Origin: Iphione sp. A-MEVVRFRX5
Taxonomy: Eukaryota
Length of the DNA: 64,000 bases
Direction of reading: 5' to 3'
Assembly (NCBI GenBank): GCA_976226885.1
Contig: OZ320320.1
Location: forward strand, 83,514,001-83,578,000
Shown here: positions 39,701 to 52,500 of the stretch, in pieces
How the letters are laid out: each line of letters starts with the position of its first letter
How positions within the stretch are numbered: the stretch's first letter is position 1
Notes under the pieces: generated by a model
The model's database searches: none
The model's input: only the letters and a program-made list of their open reading frames with translations
What the model was told of the DNA's origin: nothing
Translations under genes and position numbers: made by a program

Positions 39701-41860
39701 TACATCCATTGTGAGCGTATAGGTACACTGCCTGCCACCTATATGACGTGTTTCTTCTACTGAGAGTTACATATGAGGGGTTTATGCATCCAGCAGTCAA
39801 CACTTCTGCAGGCTGACGGTCAATAGGGCTTGAGCTCCCAGTCCGTAGCCAAGGGGACATCGATGGTATCGGCCGACCCCCCCCCCCACACACACAGGCC
39901 AGGAGCTCCACTCAGAGAAAAAATACTTCAGAAAAATGGAAGAAAAGTGAAGAAATTTGAGGAAATGTCCCCGATATCCCCCCCCCCCTACAAAGGCCAG
40001 GAGGTCCACCCAGAGAATAAACAGTAAGGAAATCTGAGGAAATATGTTGATTGCTTGCCGTCACAAAAATTCCTGGCTACGTGCCTGAGCTCAGTGCGTC
40101 TTACCTATAAATAACCCTGGTCCACTGTTATAAGCTAGGTTAGTTCAATGTCTTCCTTTTATATTATCTTTTACATTATAACATTAATCTTTATATATCA
40201 TAGTGGTAGAGTTACCTAATTGGTACATGGACCTTTGTTCCAGATACGGCACTTGCAAATTAATCATAATATTGTTGCAGAGGGATGGGGTACTAGAGGG
40301 CAGAGGATATATCATAAGCAGAGGGCTCATGGAGGGGTTCGTGGAGGGGCAGAGGGATTTATTTTTTGTGTATAGGTTATGTTTGGCGGAGCAGTTCCTC
40401 AATTGCTTTGTTACCATTATGCAATAAACTTCAACTCAACTCATCAGTCGACCTCGTCTGGAGTCTATTTATTATAACAGAGGCCAACAATATCAATAGA
40501 TATTTGTTATAGAATCTGTGTATGATCAAGAAACTTTTATTTTGAAATAATAGTAAATTTATTGCTTCCTATTATTATACGGTTTTTATAATAATTATGG
40601 AAGATTTTACAGGACTATGAGTGATAGGTTTGTATGAGCCACCAAGGGCAGCGGATGTGTTGAGTAAACTATATAGGAGTTTTATGAGTATAATATGTAA
40701 CTATTGCAGCACAATTAAATAAGGCGATCTCATAAGGGAGAAGTTAAATTAGGTTCAGTGTCAGAGGTGGAATGAAGGTTCATTCAGACAAATAAGTCCC
40801 TTTATAAACTTGTCTAATTATGTAACATGACATAGAAAAAAAACAATGTCGTTAATATTGTTACCAGCAAGAGCTTGTGCAACTGTGAACAAGAACGTAT
40901 TCAAAATGATCAACCCGGTGATATTATCAGTATTTATTGTGATATCATATGCTGCTCTGTTGGCATGGTACAGCTAGGACAGTAACCTCAATGGTAACCT
41001 CAAAACAGTAGATTTAGTAAAAACAAATCAAAATAATTCCTGACAGTTTGGACCTGAGGAGTCACTCCAGGGAACATTTATCTAGGTTTAGTTTATCCCT
41101 GAAATGCTAGGGGTTTTCGATTGATATTAACACTGCTGGTCTCACATCTCCAATGTGCCAATATGTCCTTTACGGCCCCTTTCACTCTGTCATCGGTTCA
41201 AAGTGTTATTGCAGTACGAATCACTGCAACCAAACATCTTAGGGCAGTACTTAACACATTTTTTCATAATACAGGATCTATCTTGTGCACTAAGTATGGG
41301 CAGGTATGATATAATACAGTAACCAGGCCTAGTGAAAAATTGTCTGTGTTTCTACATTTTGACCTGCTCGAGTTTTATAAATTTTGCCTTTGTCTCTAGA
41401 CTGAATAGAGCTACAGGCTCATACAATACACCAAATTGTTCCTTATATATCATTAGCATTCACATGACACTAATATCATAAATCCATCTATGTATTAGCA
41501 GTAATACTGTCATATACATTAGTTAGTTTCAATATCAGTTAACATTGACAAAAAACTACTAGCCCTATATTTTTGTCAACATGTTACTGGAAACATACCT
41601 ATCTTTTTTAGGCCTTATAAAAATCAGACTTGAAACACTGCTTATATTGCAGGATTACAGATCCTTCTAAGCATTTTTTATAAAGTCCATCGACATCTGT
41701 TAACATTAGGGATATAAGAATGATGATCTAATCATCTCAACATTACATCCTTGCTTCTGAGTGCCCCTGTTTCATGGTAGAGTATTGACAGTGATACAGA
41801 TGAATCTTATTCCCCACTGCACTCATCCTACTATCTTCTTCATGAGTGTAAAACCTGCTA

Positions 41861-42197
41861 GGCCAAAACAAGGTGTGTTTCTGGTAACGACCACCCAAAA
41901 ACCTAGGTAGGGAGGGGGGTATCTTTTTTTTTTTTAATTTTTTTTCCACTTTCTCCCTCTGGTTTTTAATAAAAATAAAGATAATATAAAGAATTTTGAC
42001 TAATTAACAGTTTTTTGCTGAATTTCCATGGATTTTAGTGTTTTTCTACTGAATTGACCAAAAACATATGCTGTGAAAACACGTATCTAAGAAAATTCAG
42101 CCTTGGAAACTCTTTAAGGCCAAAAAACTTTTAAGGTAGGCTGAGGTTTTGCTAGGTGGGGGTGGGTCACCAGAAACACACCTATTTTTTTTTTACC
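41861..42197. mobile_element. MITE with GGCCAAAA...GGTGTGTTTCTGGTAAC TIRs (PIF/Harbinger-like); second copy 61997-62333
   Basis: Two ~335-bp copies that are highly similar internally, with long imperfect TIRs. Confidence 0.75.
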
Positions 42198-43754
42198 CTA
42201 TGTACACACGGTTTTGATCAAAGAGTTTCATCAACATTCATGCCAGATCTTCAGCGATATTATCTCCTCCATGGCAATGGACCCTTTGCCAGCAGTTGAA
42301 GTAATTTATAGTGCCAACATCATATTCACGAATTCTGACGTCGTAATGAGAATCGACCAATCAAACCACGTAAAATTGTGACAATGTCACGATTTTGTAA
42401 AAATGATTTCAACACTACCAGTTACTTCTACTGCTGGGGATCAGCTCATTTGGCATTGATATAATATACTTGAGATCCCCCCCCCAAACAAAAAGAAAAT
42501 AGGGAAAAATAAATTCTTGTTCTACATTTTACTCCTACTTTATCCTATAAAATACCTTTACATCAACACGGCTTTTCTCTATGTCAAGAGAAGTAAATAT
42601 GTAAACCACTCTTGCAGTACAGAGTAAGTAGTACTAACTGTGAAGCACTCTTGCAGTACATTATAAGGACCCACTTAACCTTACTGGTGGTGCAGGGAAT
42701 AAATTAGATAATATTGTGAATGGTAGCCCACAGTATTGGTAGCCAGTCCCTGATGTCACAAGGTGAACTATATAAGTGTTTATTCTTGGCTCGCCATAGT
42801 TCAGTGGGCGACCAATGGAATATGCCTATAAGAATAGCACACCTCGTTGGCAGTTGATTGGCCTGTGGCAGACCAGTTAAGGCACCGTCTTTGTAAGAGC
42901 TTGTCTACATGTCTTTTTATTTGTTGTCACTAGATGGCTGTAATGTTGTGATATAGTAACCCCTTAGAGATGGAAACTACATCATAGAAAGTTCGGGATT
43001 CAAATTGCAGGATCACACTCCGACAATCCAAACCCCAGCTTCTGGGAAGATGCTACATGGTTACTAAGTTGAATATGTAACAGGTTACTATTATTGTCTA
43101 AAATGCTAATTCTGTACACTAGCCCATTAAAGCTCTGGTATAAAAAAATGCTTCCTTGAATAGAAAAAGACACTCTCTCCCTGCATCCCATGAGAGAGCA
43201 CATCGATGCACATAGAATAAGTGCACTTTGGGTGAACCAGATATCTCTGTGTTGAGACTTTATACGTTATTCTACAAAGGATGCTGGAGTGAAATACCTT
43301 GTTGTACAACATCCAGGGTAAATAAACAAAATTTCAAAAAAAACTACAGTGGACATGGCTTCACATCTTAGGGTACAATGTATATGCTTGATCCCCTAGT
43401 AGTTATTTCATGTAACTACTATAGCCAGCAAGAGCAACCATGACAAGTGGAGGTACATCCATCCTTGGGAGCAGCCATTCTTCTTGACAGGTAGGTACGT
43501 TATCCCCGACTAAAAATCATATTATACTAATATATTATACTAAAATGAAATGTTCTGGAGTAGTTTGGGGTATTTAGTACATCATGTATTTATGGTAAGG
43601 CAGGTTTTGTTGGCTACATGTCTAAAATTTTTGTATTAGACTGCATGAGCAATATGTTTACAGAGAAGAAATAATTGGCTGTTCTCAGGAATGGCCTGCT
43701 CATGTGAATAGAGATCCCTAGAGCTGGTCACCAGCTTTTCAGCACTGGATAAAT

Positions 43755-43911
43755 CAGGCCCGTAGCTAGGAAGTTTCTGGGGGGTATCGGACGATACCTC
43801 CAATACCCCACAGGTGGAACTAACTTTTTACCTCTCTACGAAAGCCTGTTGGCATTAATGTTTTAGGGGGTATCAGACGATACCCCTGATACCCCCTTGG
43901 CTATGGGCCTG
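43755..43911. mobile_element. CAGGCCCGTAGC-TIR MITE with 5-bp TSD (hAT5-like); further copies 53588-53994 and 55380-55736
   Basis: TSDs TAAAT/TAAAT, GCTAG/GCTAG and AGTAT/AGTAT read directly at the three copies. Confidence 0.85.
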
Positions 43912-44274
43912 TAAATCTTATATTAAACAGATTATATGCAAAGTCGACAGAATGAGCATATCGCCAAACTGACAGTCACACCATTACTATGCTTATGTTT
44001 ACCGTTTCTTTGACAATGTCACAAAATACAACAATCTGATTGGTCCATGCTCTATTATGATGTCACAAAAGTGAAAAAATGTATTTACATTACCAGTTTC
44101 TTTGCCGTCCGTCAATTATACGTCCTGGTCAACAGATCCCCAATTGTCAAAACGACTGTCATTTTAGCCTCCCATAAGGCTGCAAAAGTAGGTTTCCTCT
44201 CTCATTCTCTCTTGCTTCTCTCTCCTTATCCTTCTGTTTCTCTCTCATTCTCTCACCCTGTCTGTCTGTGAACA

Positions 44275-45030
44275 TTTCCTTACCTGCCCTCTGATGTGTC
44301 CCTACCTGTCCTCTGAGGTGTCCCTACCTGTCCCCTGATGTGTCCCTACCTGCCCTGTGATATGTCCCTACCTGTTCTCTGAGGTATCCCTACCTGATCT
44401 CTGATGTGTCCCTACCTGCCCCTGATGTGTCTCTACCTGCCCCTGCGGTATCCCTACCTACCCTCTGACATGTCTCTACCTGTTCCCTGAGATGTCCCTA
44501 CCTGCCCCCCAAGGTGTCCTTACCTGTCCTCTGAAGTATCCCTACCTGTCCTCGGACGTGTCCCTAACTGCCCACTGAGGGGCATCCCTACCTGTCCCCT
44601 GATGTGTCCCTACCTGTCCTCTGGTGTTTCTCTATGTGCTGCCTGATATGTCCCTAACTGTCCCCTGATATGTCTCTACCTGCCCTCTGACATGTACCTA
44701 CCTGATTTCTGAGTTGTCCCTACTTGCCTCTAATGTGTCTCTACCCGCCCCTGATATGTCTCTACCTGTCCCCTGATGTGTCCCTAACTGCCCTCTGACT
44801 TATCCCTACCTGTCCTCTGACATGACCCACTGAGGGGCGTCCCTAGCTGTCCCCTGAAGTGTCCCTACCTGTCCTCTGAGGTGTCCCTACCTGCCCCCTG
44901 ATGTGTCCTTACATGCCCCCTGATGTGTCCCCCCTACCTGTCCTCTGAAGTGTCCCTACCTGCCCCCTGATGTGTCCTTACCTGCCCCCTGATCTGTCCC
45001 TACCTGTCCTCTGAGGTGTCCCTACCTGCT
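44275..45030. repeat. ~22-bp minisatellite, ~34 copies
   Basis: Unit CCTACCTGTCCTCTGAGGTGTC with variants. Confidence 0.95.
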
Positions 45031-46594
45031 GTCCGAGGAAGCTCCTGGACTGCTTCATGGGATGTTGGAAAGAAATATCTTTCAAATGTTTTCAAACCAA
45101 CGTTTGCTTCCACCTCTAACTGGATAAGGTGGGGCTACGTGGTCCGAGAAATTTTAATCTATCGCATTCGGAGCTAGGTGCAAGATGTTTGTTTATTTAT
45201 GTATACAGATGAGCCCCTCATTCCAGGCAACCCTCTAATCAGGACATCCCACATTAAAGACCGACTGTATACAGAAACAAGTGTCGATAGGCATGTTTGA
45301 ATGCTCCTACTATAATGGACACCTCACTTTATTTTACAATTTATGGTCCGTCCCTTTGCTGTCTATATTGGAGAGGTTCCACTGTATATACGTCAACAAT
45401 ATATCTCAACCGTGTGTATGGTTGAGATGGGTTAATTACAGACACAGAAAGTAGTAAGTCTTCTACCACTGCAGTTACGACTCTGTGGGAAGGACACATT
45501 TCTTCTCACACGTGATGCTTTACTGGAATTACATCAGCATATCATTCAGTACAATAGCCCCACCCCCACCTTATCCGATGACTATAACTGATATTACTAC
45601 TTAACTGACACACTCTGCGAAGGACCACATGTGAAAAATGGATTGAAAAAATCTCCGTAACAGACAACTCCCGACAAAATCCTAAGGAACCAAAAGTGCC
45701 AGTTATTGAGGGACCACTGTACAAGAATAAGAACTGACTGCTATGAATGAACACTCCATGGTAGACCATTAGAATCGTCATTCAACATTAGCTCAGTTAG
45801 TCTATCCACATACCTGTGACGGGGCGGGGGGCTGGTACAGAGATGGTGTACCGATGTTGTCGGAGGCACCGTAAATTCACAACTTTTTGTCCAAGTCATG
45901 GCAATTTGTGAAGAAGAAAAAATTGTTGTCATATACATATATTTTCTTTTCCTGAAAGAATGATCTAGCCACGTCCCCTTCTGCGCAGGAGAGCCACAAA
46001 GGTGGTAGGTAGGACACCACTCAGTATGCAGGGAGCTGGCTCAGGCAGGGTGTCTCAAGGACCCAGAGGAAACACAGGTGGGGGCCAAGGCCCCGAGCAA
46101 GGTTGATTGGTTTTTCTCTTGTAATGAAAGGGAGGTAACTATCTCTGGTCATGACTTGCACCAAACGTCGATTATTGCAGTGTTGTTGTCTGTGTTAGTT
46201 ATAACAGGGGGGGTCAGGGGGTACCCAATAATGCATCACCTAGAATTCAGACCATCTGTAACACTTAAAGAAATGACAAATAACGCTTCACATGAAATTA
46301 ATTCTTTGATAACGCTTCACCAGGATATGCCTAATAACGCTTCACGTGGATCTAGAAGGGTGAATAACGTTTCACGCGGAATTAAAATCTTCAACGATGC
46401 TTCACCAAAATAGTTGACCCCCCATGTGTTATATAACCTAAGAGCACTACGCAATACTGGACAGTCACCACCAGAGTTAGTTTACCTAATAACATGAACG
46501 GTTCTGACATTTCCGATGCCATTTGTTTCTTGGCATAGATCCATTGTATGGAATATATACATATATATAGGGCTGAGTTAGAAACGTGGCATAT

Positions 46595-49500
46595 TTAAAC
46601 AACTTGGTCCTGCCGTGTTTTCTTGAGAAGTTGTTCTTCAACAGTTTCCTTCTGCTGTTTGAGGGTGTTCAGCCACCGTACTGAGGGAGAACACAGGAGT
46701 CGCACTCTCTGAAATAAGACAGGAAGGGCATAACTAACACAGGCATCACACTCTCTCAAACAGGACTGGAAGGGCATGACTAACACCGGAGTCATACTCT
46801 CTAAAACAGGACTGGAAGGGCATGACTAACACTGGAATCATACTCTCTCAAACAGGACTGGAAGGGCATGACTAACACCAGAGTCATACTGTCTGAAACA
46901 GGACTGGAAGGGCATGACTAACACTGGAGTCACACTGTCTGAAATAGGACTAGATAGAGATGACTAACACGGGAGTCATACTCTCTGAATGAGGACAGAA
47001 AGAGCATGACTAACACGGTAGTCACACTCTCTGAAACAGGACTAGAAGGGCATGACTAATACAGTAGTCACACTCTCTGAAATAAGACAGGAAGGGTATA
47101 TCTAACACAGGAGTTGCACTCTCTCAAACAGGACTGGAAGGGCATAACTAACACTGGAGTCACACTGTCTGAAATAGGACTAGATAGAGATGACTAACAC
47201 GGGAGTCATACTCTCTGAAAGAGGACAGAAAGAGCATGACTAACACGGTAGTCACACTCTCTGAAACAGGACTAGAAGGGCATGACTAATACAGTAGTCA
47301 CACTCTCTGAAAGAGGACTGGAAGGGCATGACTAACACCGGGGCCATACTCTCTGAAACAGGACTGGAAGGGCATGACTAACACCGGAGTCACACTCTCT
47401 GAAACAGGAAGGGAAGGGCATGACTAACACCGGAGTCATACTCTCTGAAACAGGACTGGAAGGGCATGACTAACACTGGAGTCACACTCTCTGAATGAGG
47501 ACAGGAAGAGCATGACTAACATGGATGTCACACTCTTTGAAATATGACTGGAAGGGCATGACTAACACCAGAGTCACACCGTGTGAAACAGGACTAGAAG
47601 GACATGTCTAACTTATGTGGGCTTGGCTGGACAACTTTCTATGGATATAAATATGGAATAGAACTTAATGTTATCAGGTGACTTCACAAGAGTAAAGCCT
47701 CATCTCAGGACTGTGTACACAGTAGTACCTGTAGTAACGACAAGTACTTACAAACCCCTATGAACATGTGATAAACTGCTGTGTATGCTGAATAAACAGC
47801 ATAAGTTAGAACACAAGTCTTCACTCCACCTCACCTACATAAACAGTACAGAGTCCCTTCTGATCTCAGAGATATGGCAACCCTAGACAAGGCCTTCCCT
47901 ACCTTTCTCCAGGGTATGCTCTGGTCCATGGTGAACAGCCTCCAGAGGGCGGTGAGGGGGATGGCAGACATGAGGAGAAACGTGATCACCCAGCCAACCA
48001 CATCGGCCCACACGGGGAAGGTGTACGCACCATATGTGAGGCGCTTGTAGTCAACGAAGTTCAACACTAGCACCACCTAATGGGACAAAACAGAACCATA
48101 TGTGAGGCGCTTGTAGTCAACGAAGTTTTGACATCAGCACCACCTAATGGGACAAAACAGAACCATATGTGAGGCATTTGTAGTCAACGAAGTTTTGACA
48201 TCAGCGCCACCTAATGGGACAAAACAGAATCATATGTGAGGCATTTGTAGTCAACAAAGTTCAACATCAGCTCCACCTAATGGGAAAAAACAGAACCATA
48301 TGTGAGGCATTTGTAGTCAATGAAGTTTTGACATCAGCACCACCTAATGGGACAAAACAGAACCATATGTGAGGCATTTGTAGTCAACGAAGTTTTGACA
48401 TCAGCGCCACCTAATGGGACAAAACAGAACCATATGTGAGGCATTTGTAGTCAACAAAGTTCAACATCAGCTCCACCTAATGGGAAAAAACAGAACCATA
48501 TGTGAGGCATTTGTAGTCAACGAAGTTCAACATCAGCACCACCTAACGGAACAAAACAGAAGATATTGTACGCTGTTCACAACAACCTGTTGAAAACGGC
48601 ATAGTTCTCTATCTGTGGAAATCACAGGAGAATTCTTAGAGCATACATATGCGCTTTTAAACTGTAAGTCAAAAAAGATTATCTGTGTTTGTAGTAACAT
48701 GCTGAAAAAATATTGGTTGATAACTAGGTTGGTCGTTTTTTTACCGCACAAATATTTCAGTAAAAAGAAACTAGATAGTACTTCCAATCCTGGTTCAATC
48801 CCTTCTATTGCTTGGGTATTAATGACAATATCATGTGAAAACTAGTGACATGGCAAACAAAATGGTGTATTATTTGGATCTGTAGTGTTATTCATTTAAA
48901 GATATGGGCAAAACAATTATTCTTATAAAGTCAGAACAGGCCAACCAGAAACACAGATATCTTTTAGATAGCCCAATCTACATATGTATATGTAAACAGC
49001 AATATGGTGAAGGTTGTATTGAAAGAGGACTTAGACTTCTATCTATCTATTAAAGCAATGTTACACTGACTTTCTTACAGGACTGCTGCATCATGTGCAC
49101 GGCATGGTATCCATGGACAACAGCGGCCATGGATACAGAGCCTGAAGTCAATTTAGTAATTGATCAATAAAGAGGAGCTGTGCTAATCCAAATTAATATG
49201 GTCAGGTCAACATAACTGGTGTTTTTTTAAATGTATTTCTTTAACTTCGTTTACACCCATTACATCAGTTAACACCACCAAGGAACCTCAAAGCTAAGTG
49301 GACGCTAAATTGTGATTTCCAAATTCAGAGTGAAATGTTAAAGACTTGATGACACTTTATTTCTCAGAAGGTGATTCTCACATTGAGGTAACTACATGGG
49401 AATATGCCTTATACAGCTTACATCAGTATTAGATATCATACAGTGAAAAGTCACATTGGAGACCAAGCCTGGGACCCTGCCCCGGGTTGGTCTCCCCTAC

Positions 49501-52500
49501 AGGTTGATATCTAGTGTAGAAATGGAGTTTGGTACTGTACAATTTTGATCTCTCCTCTGAGTTGGTGTCACCTGTGGGTTGGTCTTTAGGTAAGTTTCCA
49601 CTCTATGAAGAACTGACTCAAAGCAGTTTTTAGAAATGAGTTCAGCCTATACAATACATGATTGGAAGAGAAGGACATACCACAATCGCCAGGGAAGCCG
49701 TCACCGTGCAGGTCACCAACCACAGCCCACCTGTGCAGACACCGATGATGCCTCCCAGATCCTTTATGAACCATTGCAAACCTAGCAGATAAAGTACAGA
49801 GAAGGACGTACCGCAATCGCCAGGGGAGCCGTCACCGTGCAGGTCACCAACCACAGCCCACCTGTGCAGACACTGATGATGCCTCCCAGATCCTTTATGA
49901 ACCATTGCAAACCTAGCAGATAAAGTACAGAGAAGGACGTACCGCAATCGCCAGGGGAGCTGTCACCGTGCAGGTCACCAACCACAGCCCACCTGTGCAG
50001 ACACCGATGATGCCTCCCAGATCCTTTATGAACCGTCGCAAACCTAGCAGATAAAGTACATTATCAGCTGTGGCTGGAACTGATAAGGGCCCCAACAGAA
50101 AAAAAAGTTTAACGTACTGAAAAATAAAAGGGTTGGTAGATCAATGGTGTCTTACTTGTTTCTATATGCAAATGCCACAGGAAAAAGCTAGTGAGAATTT
50201 GTCAAGCCTGGTACTGTAATTCCTCATTTTTTAATCGTACTCAAGCTAATATTATACAAATGCTAATGACCAAAGGAATACAATGTGATTTTGTATAAGT
50301 CTCTATCGTTATTCATTCCAAAGATATGAACAAAACAAGAAAAAATTATTATTCCATTGGGAGATTTTTAAAAGGGGGGCAGTCAGGTTACCAGAAACGT
50401 GGATATTGTTTCACAAGCCTACAAGTGATGTCATATATATATATATATATCATCTAGGAACTTGTAGATTCAATAATTAAACAATGTTTTCACTACTTGT
50501 CCGTGCTTTACTCATTGCTTTGTTTATTCATTGGTGCACAACTTGACATGGTACAGCAGACATACAGAGGGCTATGCATTTGACCTGTTGCACAGAGGAA
50601 GCTTTGGCGGGGTCCCTGAGAGGCTAGATCTTTGGTAGTATTTTTCTTGCTTTTTTTCATTTTGATTAGTGTGCTCATTTGGTTACTCTGTCTTGATTGT
50701 AATCATTCCAGGGACGTATCTAACCAATAAATACATAATAATATGTTATTAGTCAGTCATCTGCTAATTATACTGTCACGCGACACCTATTAACATAGGT
50801 CCCCGTACCACTTGATACATTGGCCTAATAAAAGGCTAGGACGGTCTGACACAATCAAGACTAGCAAAATCAGTATACAGAGGATATTCAAAATCTGAAC
50901 GATCGCTGTTTCCACTGAAATCATTCGGATTTCGGAAAATTCCGATTTTGAATAGTAGTGTGAGGCCACTGCCACTTTCAATCAGTTAAGTGGGGCCCTA
51001 GGCCCTACCTCGACACTTTCCATACCTACAAAAATGAAATAAATCATGTAATTAATGTGAACTATTCATCTGAAAATCAGCAAAACGAAGCCAAATTTGT
51101 CCGAAATTTGGGAAATTCAGCCAAAAATCATTTGGATTTTGGACAGAAATGTTCAGTTATATTGGTATTTTAAGAGAGAAAAATGATTCGTAACAGCCAA
51201 TTCTGTTTAGATTTGGGATAATTTTGTTTTTGAGTGTTCAGTTTTGGAGTATCCTCTGCATATGTCAATTATACCAGTGGGATTATCAAAGGCCACAAGG
51301 AGGGGGGCGGGGGGGCAGATGTTTGAAAGTTTAAGGACCCTTTTACATGTGCCCATTTTACTTCACAGTGAATGCTGCTTGACTTGATTTCTATCTGAAC
51401 TATTTACATGTATCTGATCACAATGCATATGGGCACATTTAAATTTCACCAATCTGTCCAGGACTGATTGTATTGCAAACAGATATGTAACCAATAGATT
51501 TCTATAGCACATTCCTCCACCTACACATCTGGTGACCCATTATGCCATGCAGACTTGTCAGAAAGTGATTTTGTGGGGAAATGTGTGCCATTTTGGACAA
51601 TGTGTGCATATATATAAGTGGCCTAAGCAGTCAGAGAAAACAAGACTGGCCATAATCTGCACTCCAGCATTCTCCTTGCTAAGGCAGGGTTTACGTGTGC
51701 CATTCTCCTTGCTAAGGCAGGGTTTACATGTGCCATTCCCTTTGCTAAGGCAGGGTTTACATGTGCCATTCTCCTTGCTAAGGCAGGGTTTACATGTGCC
51801 ATTCCCCTTGCTAAGGCAGGGTTTACATGTGCCATTCTCCTTGCTAAGGCAGGGTTTACATGTGTCTGTTGTTCATGCAAACAGATGTGTTTCTGTGATT
51901 GTATAACAACTCATACCATGTGTTCATGCAAACACATGCGTTTCTGATTGTATAAGAACTCATATCACATGTTCATGCAAACACATGCATTTCTGTGATT
52001 ATATAACAACTCATATGACATGTTCATGCAAACACATGCATTTCTGTGATTGCACAAAATAATCATACCATATCATATCTACTAGCTTTGCACATGTGCC
52101 TATTTAGTAATGCAATGTGATGTGTTTGCATTCCTGCTCTCCATCCAGGATGGGTTAGCCAGCAAACGGGCGTGTTTCTCGATAGGTATGCATTGTGGGA
52201 ATCATATCTTGACCATGTGATATTAAATCATCATACACATCTACCGGGGGTTTATACACAATGCGCCGTTGTTTGTTAAAATCAAAATAGATACACGAGA
52301 AAGACCCCCTAGCTTTGAAACAGGCCAGCCCTCATGAAATGGGGTTTGAGATTGGAAAAATAAATGCAAGAGGCAGTGTGACATCAGCTGCATGGATGTA
52401 ACGATGTAAGAGGCAATCAAGTATGGCCGCCATCTTGATTTCTCCTCGTATCTGTATGTGAACCGTAGTGACCACACCCTATAAAGGAGCCTATAGTTTA

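Noticed and set aside
51532-51906. Repetitive ORFs ([11 protein letters not shown])n and the antisense equivalent
   Set aside because: Translation of a 33-bp intronic array.
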